Below, in pieces: positions 28,850 through 38,761 of a stretch of DNA of 64,000 nucleotides. This DNA is from an uncultured Bacteroidota bacterium (GTDB lineage: Bacteria > Bacteroidota > Ignavibacteria > UBA10030 > UBA6906), in contig CAVOYH010000004.1 of assembly GCA_963700635.1 (NCBI GenBank), forward strand, positions 640,001 through 704,000, read 5' to 3'. The notes below the pieces were generated by a model. It was not told the origin of the DNA. It searched no databases and worked only from the letters and a program-made list of their open reading frames with translations. A program made the translations under genes and the position numbers. How positions within the stretch are numbered: the first letter of the stretch is position 1; the number at the start of each line of letters is the position of its first letter.

Positions 28850-30121
28850 ATGAACACAACAATCAAACTTGACACGGCGTATGCGAACGCCCGCGAGCAG
28901 TATGCGGCTCTGGGTGTCGATGTGGATCAGGCCCTGAGTGCCCTGCGCTCGATAACGTTGTCCCTGCATTGCTGGCAGGGCGACGACGTGCGTGGTTTTG
29001 AACACAAACCGGAAGCGGCTTCCTCCGGCGGCATCCAGGTGACGGGCGGGTATCCGGGTGCCGCACGGACGATCGAAGAGCTCCGGAAGGATCTCCTGGA
29101 AGCGTACGGGCTTATTCCGGGGTCCCACCGTCTGAACCTTCACGCCATGTACGGTGACTTCGGCGGCAAGGTCGTCGACCGGGATCAAATCGAGCCGTCT
29201 CACTTCAGGAGCTGGATAGACTGGTGCAGGGAAAATCGGCTGGGACTGGATTTTAACGCTACCTGCTTCGGGCATCCACGGGCGGACAGCGGATTCACGC
29301 TGAGCAGCACCGATACCGGGACCCGGGACTTCTGGATCGAACATGTCCGCCGCTGCCGGGAAATCGGCGCGGTAATCGGGAAAACGCTCGGGACGGCGTG
29401 TGTCCATAATTTGTGGATCCCGGATGGCGCAAAGGATGTTACCGTACGCCGGCACCTGCATCGCTCAATCCTGAGGGATTCACTCGATACCATCTATGCC
29501 CGGCCCTACGACCCGGAAGACCTGCGCGATGCCGTCGAGAGCAAGCTGTTCGGAATCGGGAGTGAGTCCTTTGTCGTCGGGTCTCATGAATTTTATCTGG
29601 GGTACGCCCTGCGGAACCGGTTGATGCTCTGCCTCGACATGGGACATTTCCACCCGACCGAATCGGTGGCAGACAAGATCTCAGCGCTCCTGCAGTACAT
29701 GGATGATCTACTTCTCCATGTGAGCAGGGGTGTACGGTGGGACAGCGATCATGTGGTAATCGTGAATGACGATGTCACCGCCCTTGCGGAGGAGATTGTC
29801 CGGGCGGACGCACTGAACCGGGTCCGGATAGCGCTGGATTTCTTTGATGCAAGTTTGAACCGTATTGGTGCGTGGGTCCTTGGCTCACGGGCCACGCTGA
29901 AGGCACTACTTCGTGCACTCCTCGAACCCCGTGACCGGCTCCGATCGCTTGAAGCCGATGGTAATCTTTTTGCCAGAATGGCGCTGCTGGAAGACCTCAA
30001 GACCATGCCGATGGGCGCGATCTGGGACGCCTACTGCCATCAGGAGGGTGTTCCGACCGGCGAAGCCCTCCGCGGGGCCATACATTCCTATGAAACAAAG
30101 GTGCTTGCGCACCGTGGATAA
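28850..30121 (+). CDS. rhaA: L-rhamnose isomerase
   Basis: SLHCWQGDDV, NLWIPDG, VESKLFGIG, GHFHPTE, VRWDSDH. Confidence 0.96.
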   Translation: MNTTIKLDTAYANAREQYAALGVDVDQALSALRSITLSLHCWQGDDVRGFEHKPEAASSGGIQVTGGYPGAARTIEELRKDLLEAYGLIPGSHRLNLHAMYGDFGGKVVDRDQIEPSHFRSWIDWCRENRLGLDFNATCFGHPRADSGFTLSSTDTGTRDFWIEHVRRCREIGAVIGKTLGTACVHNLWIPDGAKDVTVRRHLHRSILRDSLDTIYARPYDPEDLRDAVESKLFGIGSESFVVGSHEFYLGYALRNRLMLCLDMGHFHPTESVADKISALLQYMDDLLLHVSRGVRWDSDHVVIVNDDVTALAEEIVRADALNRVRIALDFFDASLNRIGAWVLGSRATLKALLRALLEPRDRLRSLEADGNLFARMALLEDLKTMPMGAIWDAYCHQEGVPTGEALRGAIHSYETKVLAHRG

Positions 30122-30746
30122 AACACACGCGAAACCGCAATGGCTGGCCTGGGCGAGAGAATTGCAGGCCATGGCGCAGACGGGCCTGACGTTTGCCGGC
30201 GGAGAATACGATCTTGCGCGTTACCGCCGGTTGATGGAGATCGCGGCAGATATGGTGGCTCAGTCGGCAATGATCGCCGCCGAGCCGGTTGTTGAGGACT
30301 TTCTCCAGCAGCCGGGCTATGCCACGCCGAAGGTGGATGTGCGCGGTGCGGTCGTTCGCGATAACCGGATCCTGCTTGTCCAGGAGCGCTCAGATGGGCG
30401 CTGGTGCATGCCGGGAGGATGGGCCGATGTCGACGAACTCCCGTCCGCGATGGTGGTCAGGGAAGTGTTCGAAGAAAGCGGGATCACGGTCCGCCCCCGA
30501 AAAGTCATCGGAGTCTTTGACGCAAACCGGAGCGGCATGCCCCGGGCATTTTATCATGCCTACAAAGTGGTGTTCCTTTGCGACCTGCTCGGCGGGGAGG
30601 TTCGCGGAAGTGACGAAACGCTGGACGCCCGGTTCTTCCCATTCAACGACATCCCTCCATTGTCCGTTTCGCGCACACACGAACGGCACCTTCTGGAAAT
30701 CCAGGCGCATCTGGCCGACCCCGCCAGACCCGCAGCGTTTGATTAG
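30114..30746 (+). CDS. NUDIX hydrolase (YjhB-like, Nudix_N domain)
   Basis: W..ELQAMAQTG, GYATPKVDVR, PGG...REVFEESG; GTG start overlapping the rhaA stop. Confidence 0.88.
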   Translation: MDKTHAKPQWLAWARELQAMAQTGLTFAGGEYDLARYRRLMEIAADMVAQSAMIAAEPVVEDFLQQPGYATPKVDVRGAVVRDNRILLVQERSDGRWCMPGGWADVDELPSAMVVREVFEESGITVRPRKVIGVFDANRSGMPRAFYHAYKVVFLCDLLGGEVRGSDETLDARFFPFNDIPPLSVSRTHERHLLEIQAHLADPARPAAFD

Positions 30747-30782
30747 GATCCATCGGTATTCCGCAATCACAGGAGGCCGGCC

Positions 30783-31961
30783 GTGACACACATCCTGCTC
30801 CTCGTCTTTACCCTGCTGTTCGGGGGGACTCAATCATTCGACGAATTCCTCCGGCATCTGGAAACATTGTCTCCGGCGGAGCGCGCCCCCCACGTTGAGA
30901 AGTACCTTGCCGGACGGCGGCTTCCGGTGACGGAGAGTGATACGCTTCTTACCTTTGTGTGGTACGGCAGTGCAGACAGCGTATTCGTGAACGGGTCGCT
31001 GCAAGGCGGGTGGCGCTTCCCGGCACGCCTGCACGCTCTGCCGTGCTCCGGATTGCCCGGCGGCCCTTCTCTGTTCTATAAGAAATACACTGTGCCGCGG
31101 GATGCGCACCTTGAGTATCAGTTTATTGTGGACGGAAAGAGCACGCTGGATCCGGCGAATGTCCGTGTTACCCCCAACGGGGACTTTTCGAATTCGGAAG
31201 TTACGATGCCGGGCTTTGTGCGATCCGTGTACACCATACCCCGCGCTGATGTGCCCCGTGGCACCCTGGATACGCTGCGGTTCACTCCGCGGGATACGAC
31301 GATACACGCACGAACGGTTTTTGTTTACCTCCCTCCGGGGTATTCCGATGCGCACGATCTGCCGAGTCTGTACGTCCACGACGGGGAGACAGCGCTGCGG
31401 TTTATGTTTGTGACCACAATCATGGAGAACATGATTGCTGACAGGGCTCTTGGTCCTGCGATCGTGGTGTTTGTGCCCCCGGCAGAACGGCATGAAGAAT
31501 ACTTGGGAGGGAAGCAGATTCGTTATGCGAATGTTCTGGCCGATGAGCTGGTTCCCCTCATTGACCGGCGCTACCGGACCGCGGCTGCTCCCCAGCAGCG
31601 CGCCACGATGGGGATTTCCAATGGTGGGCACATTGCCTTTGTCGCCGGTCTCGCACGGCCGGATGTGTTCGGATCATGCGGCGGTCAATCATCCACCATC
31701 ACCCCTGTTCTGAGCGTCATCCTGGAGATGAGAAAACGGCATGCTCCGTTGCCTCACTATTTTCGCCTGTATCAGCAGTGCGGGCTGTTTGATATTGTTG
31801 ACCCCGAATATCATTTTCTTGAGCTGAACCGCGGTTTCAGAGACCAATTGTCCGGGCTGGGAATACGGCACATGTTCATAGAGTCCAGCGACGGACACGA
31901 TTGGCCAAGCTGGCGGGAACGGGTTCCCTCATTATTACGTTTCTTCTTCATACCCCATTAA
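30783..31961 (+). CDS. Secreted Fes-like alpha/beta-hydrolase (esterase) with N-terminal Ig/CBM48-like domain
   Basis: EYQFIVDG...DPAN, VYLPPGY, GISNGG nucleophile, GHDW. Confidence 0.85.
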   Translation: MTHILLLVFTLLFGGTQSFDEFLRHLETLSPAERAPHVEKYLAGRRLPVTESDTLLTFVWYGSADSVFVNGSLQGGWRFPARLHALPCSGLPGGPSLFYKKYTVPRDAHLEYQFIVDGKSTLDPANVRVTPNGDFSNSEVTMPGFVRSVYTIPRADVPRGTLDTLRFTPRDTTIHARTVFVYLPPGYSDAHDLPSLYVHDGETALRFMFVTTIMENMIADRALGPAIVVFVPPAERHEEYLGGKQIRYANVLADELVPLIDRRYRTAAAPQQRATMGISNGGHIAFVAGLARPDVFGSCGGQSSTITPVLSVILEMRKRHAPLPHYFRLYQQCGLFDIVDPEYHFLELNRGFRDQLSGLGIRHMFIESSDGHDWPSWRERVPSLLRFFFIPH

Positions 31962-31977
31962 TCCGAGGAGGTAATTC

Positions 31978-33401
31978 ATGCGGTTGACATTGATGGCGAC
32001 TGTTCTGTGTATCGCTGCTGCGGCGTCGGGGCAGACATCGGACGTGTATAGCAGGTACTTCGGAACGTCGACGATGCGTGTTGACTACTATCATACCGGC
32101 ATAAAAGGCGAAGAGCGTTTCAGCCTGGACCGTGTCTATGAGGAAGGCCCCTGGCCGGATCAAAAACCCAGCTGGTGGACCCGTTGAACCTGGGTGAGTT
32201 TCTTGTGCGGGTGTACGATTCTGCCACAAACGTGCTGGTATACTCACGTGGTTTTTCATCCATCTTCCAGGAATGGCAGACTACGGATGAAGCGGCCGCG
32301 GGCGTGTATCGTACCTTCGAGGAGACCGTGCGGTTTCCGTTTCCCCAGCGAACGGTCCAGGTGAGCATCTCCAGGCGCGACAAACGTATGGTGTTCCGGG
32401 AAATCTTCTCGACAACCATTGATCCGGCCGACCCCACGGTCGTGCGCAAGGAGAAACGTCCGGCTCCCTTTGCCGTCAAAGCCCTGATGCAAAATGGACC
32501 TCCGGCTCAGAAAGTCGATATCCTTATCCTCGGAGACGGATATGCCATGGCTGACCTGGAGAAGTTTCGCACCGATGCGGCGCATTTTAATGACGTGATG
32601 TTTTCGACCCGGCCGTTTGCGCAGCGGAAGAACGACTTCAACGTATGGACGGTGGAGGTGATTTCGGACGAATCGGGGATTGATGTCCCGGACAAGAACG
32701 TCTGGAAATCCAACGCTCTGGGATCGATGTACAACACCTTCGGGTCCGCCCGGTACGTCCTCACGACCGAGAATCGAGTGCTCCGTGATATAGCGGGAAC
32801 CGCCCCGTACGACTTTCTCTGTATACTCGTGAACGACACGCGGTACGGTGGCGGAGGGATCTTTAATCTTTATGCCACCACGTACACCAGGGAAGGGGTT
32901 GACAATCAGAAATGGCAGATGGACTATGTGTATGTCCACGAATTCGGCCACTCATTCGGTGGGCTGGGAGATGAGTACTACAATGCGTCGACGGCGTATA
33001 ATGAGTTCTACCCGCCCGGGATTGAACCATGGGAGCCGAACGTCACGGCATTGCTGAATCGTTCCAATGTAAAATGGAAATCCCATCTCTCTCCCGGTCT
33101 TGCGGTGCCGACGCAATGGCAGAAGGCGGCATTTGACAGCATCGAAGCGCTGCGGGGGAAGCTTGACCGGCTCGCACCCGACTACTACGAGAAGCGGGAA
33201 CCGCTCTACCGGGCTTCGATGGAGATTCTCCGCTCCCCTGAATTCGCCGGAAAGGTGGGGGTGTTTGAGGGATCAGGGTATGCCTCACAGGGGCTTTTCC
33301 GCCCCGCGCTTGATTGCAGGATGTTTTCGTTAAGCCTGGTGGATTTTGATCCCGTCTGCAGCGCAGCTCTTGAACGCATGATCAACCTTTACTCACGATA
33401 G
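31978..33401 (+). pseudogene. M64 (IgA peptidase family) metallopeptidase split by a 1-nt frameshift near 32157
   Basis: Signal peptide plus TMRVDYYHTG...EGPWP in one frame; GSKTQLVDPLNLGE...YGGGG...HEFGH in the -1 frame; may be a sequencing error. Confidence 0.8.
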
Positions 33402-33410
33402 GAGATTCTT

Positions 33411-34235
33411 ATGAAACAGATACTGCTGGTGGTTCTCATTGCTCTTCTGGCGGCCCCGCTCGCTGCGCAGACAACCCCCCGGGTTCCGCGTACGAGCCAG
33501 GGGGCGAAAGTCACACAATTTATCGGGCTCAGTGAAGTGTCCGTGTCGTATCACCGGCCCGGCGTAAAAGGGCGGGAAATTTGGGGTAACGTTGTGAAGT
33601 TTGACGAACCGTGGCGCGCCGGTGCCAATGAACCGACCCTTCTCACGGTCAGCGACGATGTGACCATCGCCGGCAAAAAAATTCCGGCGGGGGCATACCG
33701 GCTCGTGGTGCTTCCATCACGGGCAGGGGACTGGACAATTGTCTTGAACACTGAGACCAAGAACTGGGGAAGCATCTACGATGCCCGGTACGACACGTTG
33801 AAGATCGCCGTAAAGCCCGAAGCAGGCCAGCACGAGGAGTGGATGTCCTTTACCTTTGTTGACCTTACGCCGACATCCGCTCGACTCATTCTCGCCTGGG
33901 AGAAGATCCGGCTGGCACTCCCGATGGAATTTAATACCCTGGCGAAGATACAGGGTTCGGTTGGTTCGTGGCAGCTGCTTTCCAGCGCCGCACGGTTTGC
34001 GGCAGACAACAACCTGTATCTTACAGAAGGGCTCGGGTGGGCGGACAGGGCGATCGCGCTGGAGAAAAGCCCGCGCACTCTCCAGGTGAAGGCCGAACTT
34101 CTCGCCAAAACAGGGAACACCGCCTCCGCGATCACCGTCGCCGAAGAGGCGATGAAGCTGGCGAAAGCAAAAGATCCCAAGGCGAATACAGAGGCTCTCG
34201 AGGCTCTGCTTGCAGGCTGGAAGATGAAAAAGTAA
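33411..34235 (+). CDS. DUF2911 domain protein with TPR-like C-terminus
   Basis: PR.SQ...Q.IG, YHRPGVKGREIWG, WRAGANE. Confidence 0.88.
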   Translation: MKQILLVVLIALLAAPLAAQTTPRVPRTSQGAKVTQFIGLSEVSVSYHRPGVKGREIWGNVVKFDEPWRAGANEPTLLTVSDDVTIAGKKIPAGAYRLVVLPSRAGDWTIVLNTETKNWGSIYDARYDTLKIAVKPEAGQHEEWMSFTFVDLTPTSARLILAWEKIRLALPMEFNTLAKIQGSVGSWQLLSSAARFAADNNLYLTEGLGWADRAIALEKSPRTLQVKAELLAKTGNTASAITVAEEAMKLAKAKDPKANTEALEALLAGWKMKK

Positions 34236-34277
34236 ACCGTTGTTGCCGCTCTTGTGATTGTTCTGCGGCCGGAGTGC

Positions 34278-35987
34278 CTAGGCGTGTGACCGGGTCTCCG
34301 GCCGTTTTTGCGACTCTCCCAGCGTCCAGAGTATGGCCACCGTCACCACCACGGCGCATCCGATAACGTTGTACCAGAGCCACGCGATCGGGGTGAAGAG
34401 GAAACACGCGATGACCACCGCCTCTCCGAGCAACGCCCCGACAAATGTGGCCGTCCCGCCAATCCGCTTTCCGTAGAACGCCAGCAGAAAGATCCCCAGC
34501 ATGGTTCCGTAGAAGAGGGAACCCAGGATGTTCACCGCTTCGATGAGTGAACCAAGCCGGCTTGCATACTGCGCGAAGGCAATCCCGTAGATCCCCCATG
34601 CAGCCATAAACAGGCGGGACGCGCGCATATAATGTTGTTCCGATTTGTCGGCCCGGAGAAAGCGTTTGTACACATCCACAATGGAAATGGTGGCCAGGGC
34701 GCTTAATTCACCCGAGGAGGATGACAGGGATGCGGCAAAGATGCACGCAAAGACCAGTCCGACAAGTCCTACCGGAAGATACGTGAGCACGAACGAGAGA
34801 AAAATGTAATTGGTATCGGAGCGGTCCGTGGCCGGCATATGCTCGCCGAGAAGTGCAGAAGCCTCCATCCGGAGACGGTCAACAGTCTGCTGAGCCGTCA
34901 CGAGGATCTGCCGGGCGTCTCCCGTGGTGTGCGCGTCCGCGCTATGACGCGCGCGCACAAATCCTTCGGCCGCCGTGCGCCGGTCATTCACCGCGTTGTG
35001 GTGTCTGGCCTCCAGTTCGCGGTATGCTTCGCCGTGTGCTCCGTTTCTGGCCTCGGCGGCAGCCGTGGGGTTGAAAAAAAGCGGCGGTTCTGCAAAAAGG
35101 AAGAACACGTATACGAGGACACCGAGCAGGAGCATAAAAAACTGCATCGGGACTTTGGCGACGCCATTAAACAGGAGTGCCAGCCGGCTCTGGGTGATCG
35201 ATTTGCCGGTCAGATACCGTTGGACCTGTGACTGGTCTGTCCCGAAGTAGGCCAGGGCCACAAACGTTCCCCCTACCAGACCCGTCCAGAATGTATATCG
35301 GTTCTCAAGATCAACCTGGAAGTCGATGGTGTTAAGCTTGCCGGCGGCGCCGGCGAGACTCAGGGCGTCGGTAAGCGAAACATCGGGAGGGAGAAGCGCC
35401 AGGAGGACAATGCCCGCCGCAAGCATTCCCGCCATGATAATGGTGAGCTGAAGCACATGGGTGTGGTTCACCGCCTTCACGCCGCCGGTTGCCGTCACGA
35501 TAATGACAATCCCCCCGATGAGGATTGACGTGATGCGTACATCTATTCCGAGCATCACGGAGAGGACAAGTGACGGGGCATAAATTGTCATCCCCGTTGC
35601 CAGCCCGCGTGACACCAGGAACAGCCCCGTTCCGAGCAGCCGCATTTTTGGATCAAACCTTCGTTCGAGAAACTCGTAGGCGCTGTACACCCCGAGCCGG
35701 TGGAACTTTGGTACGGCGGTGATGGAAAGCAGGACCATGGCAAGTGGAAGGCCGAAATAGAACTGCAGAAAGCGCATGCCGTCCACGTAGGCCTGGCCGG
35801 GCGTCGATGTGAATGTGATCGCGCTCGCCTGGGTGGCCATGATGGAGAGTGCAACGGTACCCCAGCCGAGCGAACGGTCGGCGAGAAGGAAGCTCTGTAT
35901 TGACGCACTGCCCCTGCCACGCCACACGCCGTACAGCGTCATGGTGAGGAGTGTGCCGCCGAGGACGATCCAGTCAGGTGTGCTCAT
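34278..35987 (-). CDS. Sodium:solute symporter
   Basis: MATQASAITF..TPGQ, YFGTDQSQVQRYL, about 13 TM helices. Confidence 0.93.
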   Translation of the reverse strand: MSTPDWIVLGGTLLTMTLYGVWRGRGSASIQSFLLADRSLGWGTVALSIMATQASAITFTSTPGQAYVDGMRFLQFYFGLPLAMVLLSITAVPKFHRLGVYSAYEFLERRFDPKMRLLGTGLFLVSRGLATGMTIYAPSLVLSVMLGIDVRITSILIGGIVIIVTATGGVKAVNHTHVLQLTIIMAGMLAAGIVLLALLPPDVSLTDALSLAGAAGKLNTIDFQVDLENRYTFWTGLVGGTFVALAYFGTDQSQVQRYLTGKSITQSRLALLFNGVAKVPMQFFMLLLGVLVYVFFLFAEPPLFFNPTAAAEARNGAHGEAYRELEARHHNAVNDRRTAAEGFVRARHSADAHTTGDARQILVTAQQTVDRLRMEASALLGEHMPATDRSDTNYIFLSFVLTYLPVGLVGLVFACIFAASLSSSSGELSALATISIVDVYKRFLRADKSEQHYMRASRLFMAAWGIYGIAFAQYASRLGSLIEAVNILGSLFYGTMLGIFLLAFYGKRIGGTATFVGALLGEAVVIACFLFTPIAWLWYNVIGCAVVVTVAILWTLGESQKRPETRSHA

Positions 35988-36148
35988 GAGAAGAATCTGG
36001 AGAAGACATACACCAGGATCATGATGATCACCAGAATCGCGATGACGCCGAGATAGAGGTTCCGCCACGTTCCCAGGAAGGGGGGCGGCCCGTCATCATC
36101 GTTGCGTTTTCGGCGATCGTCCGTGCGTTGAGTGTTGTGGTTGTCCAT
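35984..36148 (-). CDS. Small single-TM protein (SSS accessory subunit-like)
   Basis: PPPFLGTWRNLY plus a TM helix; ATGA coupling to the SSS gene. Confidence 0.7.
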   Translation of the reverse strand: MDNHNTQRTDDRRKRNDDDGPPPFLGTWRNLYLGVIAILVIIMILVYVFSRFFS

Positions 36149-38624
36149 TCCGGAGTGCGAGGATGTTCGCAAAAAGCCTGTATGCCCCCTCCACACCGGC
36201 CGGAAGCTGCCGGAAGAAGGCGTAGGCATTGTACACAAAAACTCCCTTCCCATGCCGGGCAAGGAGCAGGCCGCCGTTCCGTCTGGGCTCGCCGCTGTCC
36301 TGACAGCTCAGAACACTGTCGTATCGACTGTCCCATCGATCCGCAAAATAGAGTCCACGCTCCTGGATCCACCCGTCAAAATCCTTCGGACCAATCCGGT
36401 TGGGGCTTCTGAACAGCGGGTGGTCCGGCAGGAGCATGGTCACGGGTGCGTCTTCCTCCGCGACACGGTCGCGTGAGAAAAAAAGTGGATACGGTCCGAT
36501 CGCCTCGGTCTCGCCGCGCTGCGTTGTGTTGTACTGCACAACGTATGTGCCGCCGCCGGCCACGTATTCCAGCAGGCGTTCGTGATTACGGCGAAGGGCC
36601 GGGCGGGTGTTATATGCACGGATTCCGGCGACGATAACATCAAACCCGGAAAGCCTGGTGAGCGCAAGATCGTCATCCGAAAGCATCTCAACATGGTAAC
36701 CGAGTTGTTGTATGGCAGCGGGCATTTCATCCCCGGCACCCATAATGTACGCGGCTCGTCCACCCGGGCTGCTGATCTTAGAATGAAGCAGATGGGTTTG
36801 TGCCGGGGCCATGACTATCTGACGCGGAATATGTTTGTACGTCACCGTTTCAAGTGCGCTGCGTGTTTTTGCCGGCCCGATTTCGACCTCCACGCCCGCA
36901 ACCCCCGCGGAGGCGCCTTGCGGCGGGGTAATAACCGTGCGGTAAAGTGCCTCTCCCGAGCCAGCGGAAAGGTCCACCGCATGCCGGGAAGGGGAGACGT
37001 GCCAACCCGGCGGAACGATAACGCGCATCGTACCGCGTACCGCCTGTTCACCTGCCAGGAGGGATACGTGAAGGGCTTTTGCGGAGTCACCGGAGAAGAG
37101 CAGGACTTTCTCCCGCATCCGGATGCTTACCGGAGGCGTTACCGCGAACGGAACATACACCTCGCCGTCAACCGGATCAACGGATTTATGCTGAAGCGGA
37201 ACGGTGAGGGTCAGGGCGCCTTCGGGATGGGAGAGACGAACCTGTGCAGCGATGCTGATGGGGGCCTCGGCAAGGCCTCTATGCTGCTGTGACGCGACGC
37301 TGTAGGCACCGGCGGTGTGAGGCAGCTCCAGCCAGTACGGCTGGGTGTACTGCTGGGTGCGGGGAAGAGAGATGACCGATTGTATCCGGACCAATGTGTT
37401 GGTTTGGAGAGTGGTGGCGACGATACTGTCCCGGCTCGCGAAGGGGAACCGCACGTTCTCAAGTCGAAACATCGGGCTGGAGCGACTCACCATGGACACC
37501 GTCACGGGAACATCAGAGCCCGGGGGTGCGGTGGACACTGTCGTTGTGGCCTCAACCCAGAGCCCCGCGCAGGCCATGATGAGATCGTCCACCTGGGCCT
37601 TCTTATACGTGACCCAGTAATGGGCGGGCAATCCGGCCAGAATGTTGGAGGCGCGAAAGAGCGGCGTGACACTTGCAGCGGGGTCTTCTACAAGAAAAGC
37701 CGCGCGTGCTTCTGCAATGAGTGAATCCACTGCATGGGCGCCGTCAATTCTGCTCCATGTCAGGGGAACACCATCGAACAGATCATGAAGAGCCGAGTCC
37801 CCGCGCATATGCTGGAAGCTGTTCAGAACCTCCCCGCGGTTTTGCGACGCTCCGAAGCCCTGGCTCTTATGCATACTTCTTCCTTCGCCGGCAAGTTCGG
37901 CAAATGACCGGCCGAGCAGCGGCGAGTACTCTCCAAGGTTGATGCGTACAACTCCGGGGCCGGGCGGAGAATCCGGAGGGTTGCCCCGGAACACATTCCA
38001 CAGAAGGCGTTTTGCCTGCCAGGGTTCCGTGAACCGGAGTTGTTCCGGAAATCGTGCCGGATCCGCCGCCGCATCAAAAGCTTCAACGGCAAGGATCGCC
38101 GACGCCGTGTGGTTTCCATGGCCTCCGAGCTGCGGTGTGAATCGTGTGACAATGACATCCGGCCTGAACGTCCGGATTATCCAGACAACATCGGACAACG
38201 TTGAGTCGTGATTCCAGAACCGGAGAGTCTCATCAGAACTCTTGGAATATCCGAAATCGATGGCCCGTGTGAAGTACTGCTCTGCGCCGTCGATTCTCCG
38301 GGCCGCAAGCAGCTCCTGCGTCCGGATAAGACCGAGAGGTGCGCCCTGTTCCGGTCCGATCAGGTTTTGTCCGCCTTCCCCCCTGGTGATGGAGAGGTAC
38401 GCTGTGCGCATCCCCCTGCCCCTGGCCATCGCCGCGAGAAAAGCGGTATTTTCGTCGTCGGGGTGTGCTGCGATGTAAAGGACGGATCCCAGCACCTGCA
38501 GGTGGTCGAGGGCGAGTTTGATCTCCGAGGAAGTGCGCGGGTGGACCGTCTGTGTGTGTACGGACGCCTGCCCTGCAAGAACGGCAGTGGCAATCAGGAT
38601 ACCGAGAATCTGGCGGAACGGCAT
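36096..38624 (-). CDS. Secreted PIG-L/LmbE-family deacetylase with C-terminal GATase-like domain
   Basis: AHPDDE, TRGEGGQN, DFGYSK, GHGNH, HKSQGFG, WIQERGLYF. Confidence 0.92.
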   Translation of the reverse strand: MPFRQILGILIATAVLAGQASVHTQTVHPRTSSEIKLALDHLQVLGSVLYIAAHPDDENTAFLAAMARGRGMRTAYLSITRGEGGQNLIGPEQGAPLGLIRTQELLAARRIDGAEQYFTRAIDFGYSKSSDETLRFWNHDSTLSDVVWIIRTFRPDVIVTRFTPQLGGHGNHTASAILAVEAFDAAADPARFPEQLRFTEPWQAKRLLWNVFRGNPPDSPPGPGVVRINLGEYSPLLGRSFAELAGEGRSMHKSQGFGASQNRGEVLNSFQHMRGDSALHDLFDGVPLTWSRIDGAHAVDSLIAEARAAFLVEDPAASVTPLFRASNILAGLPAHYWVTYKKAQVDDLIMACAGLWVEATTTVSTAPPGSDVPVTVSMVSRSSPMFRLENVRFPFASRDSIVATTLQTNTLVRIQSVISLPRTQQYTQPYWLELPHTAGAYSVASQQHRGLAEAPISIAAQVRLSHPEGALTLTVPLQHKSVDPVDGEVYVPFAVTPPVSIRMREKVLLFSGDSAKALHVSLLAGEQAVRGTMRVIVPPGWHVSPSRHAVDLSAGSGEALYRTVITPPQGASAGVAGVEVEIGPAKTRSALETVTYKHIPRQIVMAPAQTHLLHSKISSPGGRAAYIMGAGDEMPAAIQQLGYHVEMLSDDDLALTRLSGFDVIVAGIRAYNTRPALRRNHERLLEYVAGGGTYVVQYNTTQRGETEAIGPYPLFFSRDRVAEEDAPVTMLLPDHPLFRSPNRIGPKDFDGWIQERGLYFADRWDSRYDSVLSCQDSGEPRRNGGLLLARHGKGVFVYNAYAFFRQLPAGVEGAYRLFANILALRNGQPQHSTHGRSPKTQR

Positions 38625-38650
38625 AGCCCCTCATGTAGTGGTACAATACA

Positions 38651-38735
38651 CTGCCGCCGATTCACCCCGGTGTCCCTGCAAGAAAAAGGTCTCGCAGAGG
38701 AACGCCTGAGAGTGTATACAGTGAATCGGCGGCAG
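38651..38735. repeat. 85-nt imperfect hairpin closed by a perfect 15-bp inverted repeat
   Basis: CTGCCGCCGATTCAC (38651-38665) / GTGAATCGGCGGCAG (38721-38735). Confidence 0.8.
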
Positions 38736-38761
38736 CGGTACGACATTAGCTCTTCATATTA

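Noticed and set aside
38660-38760. Glycine riboswitch resemblance on the minus strand (GCCGCCGA...ACTCTCAGG...GGAC)
   Set aside because: GGAGA and CCGAAG cores are missing, and the sequence is better explained by one long hairpin
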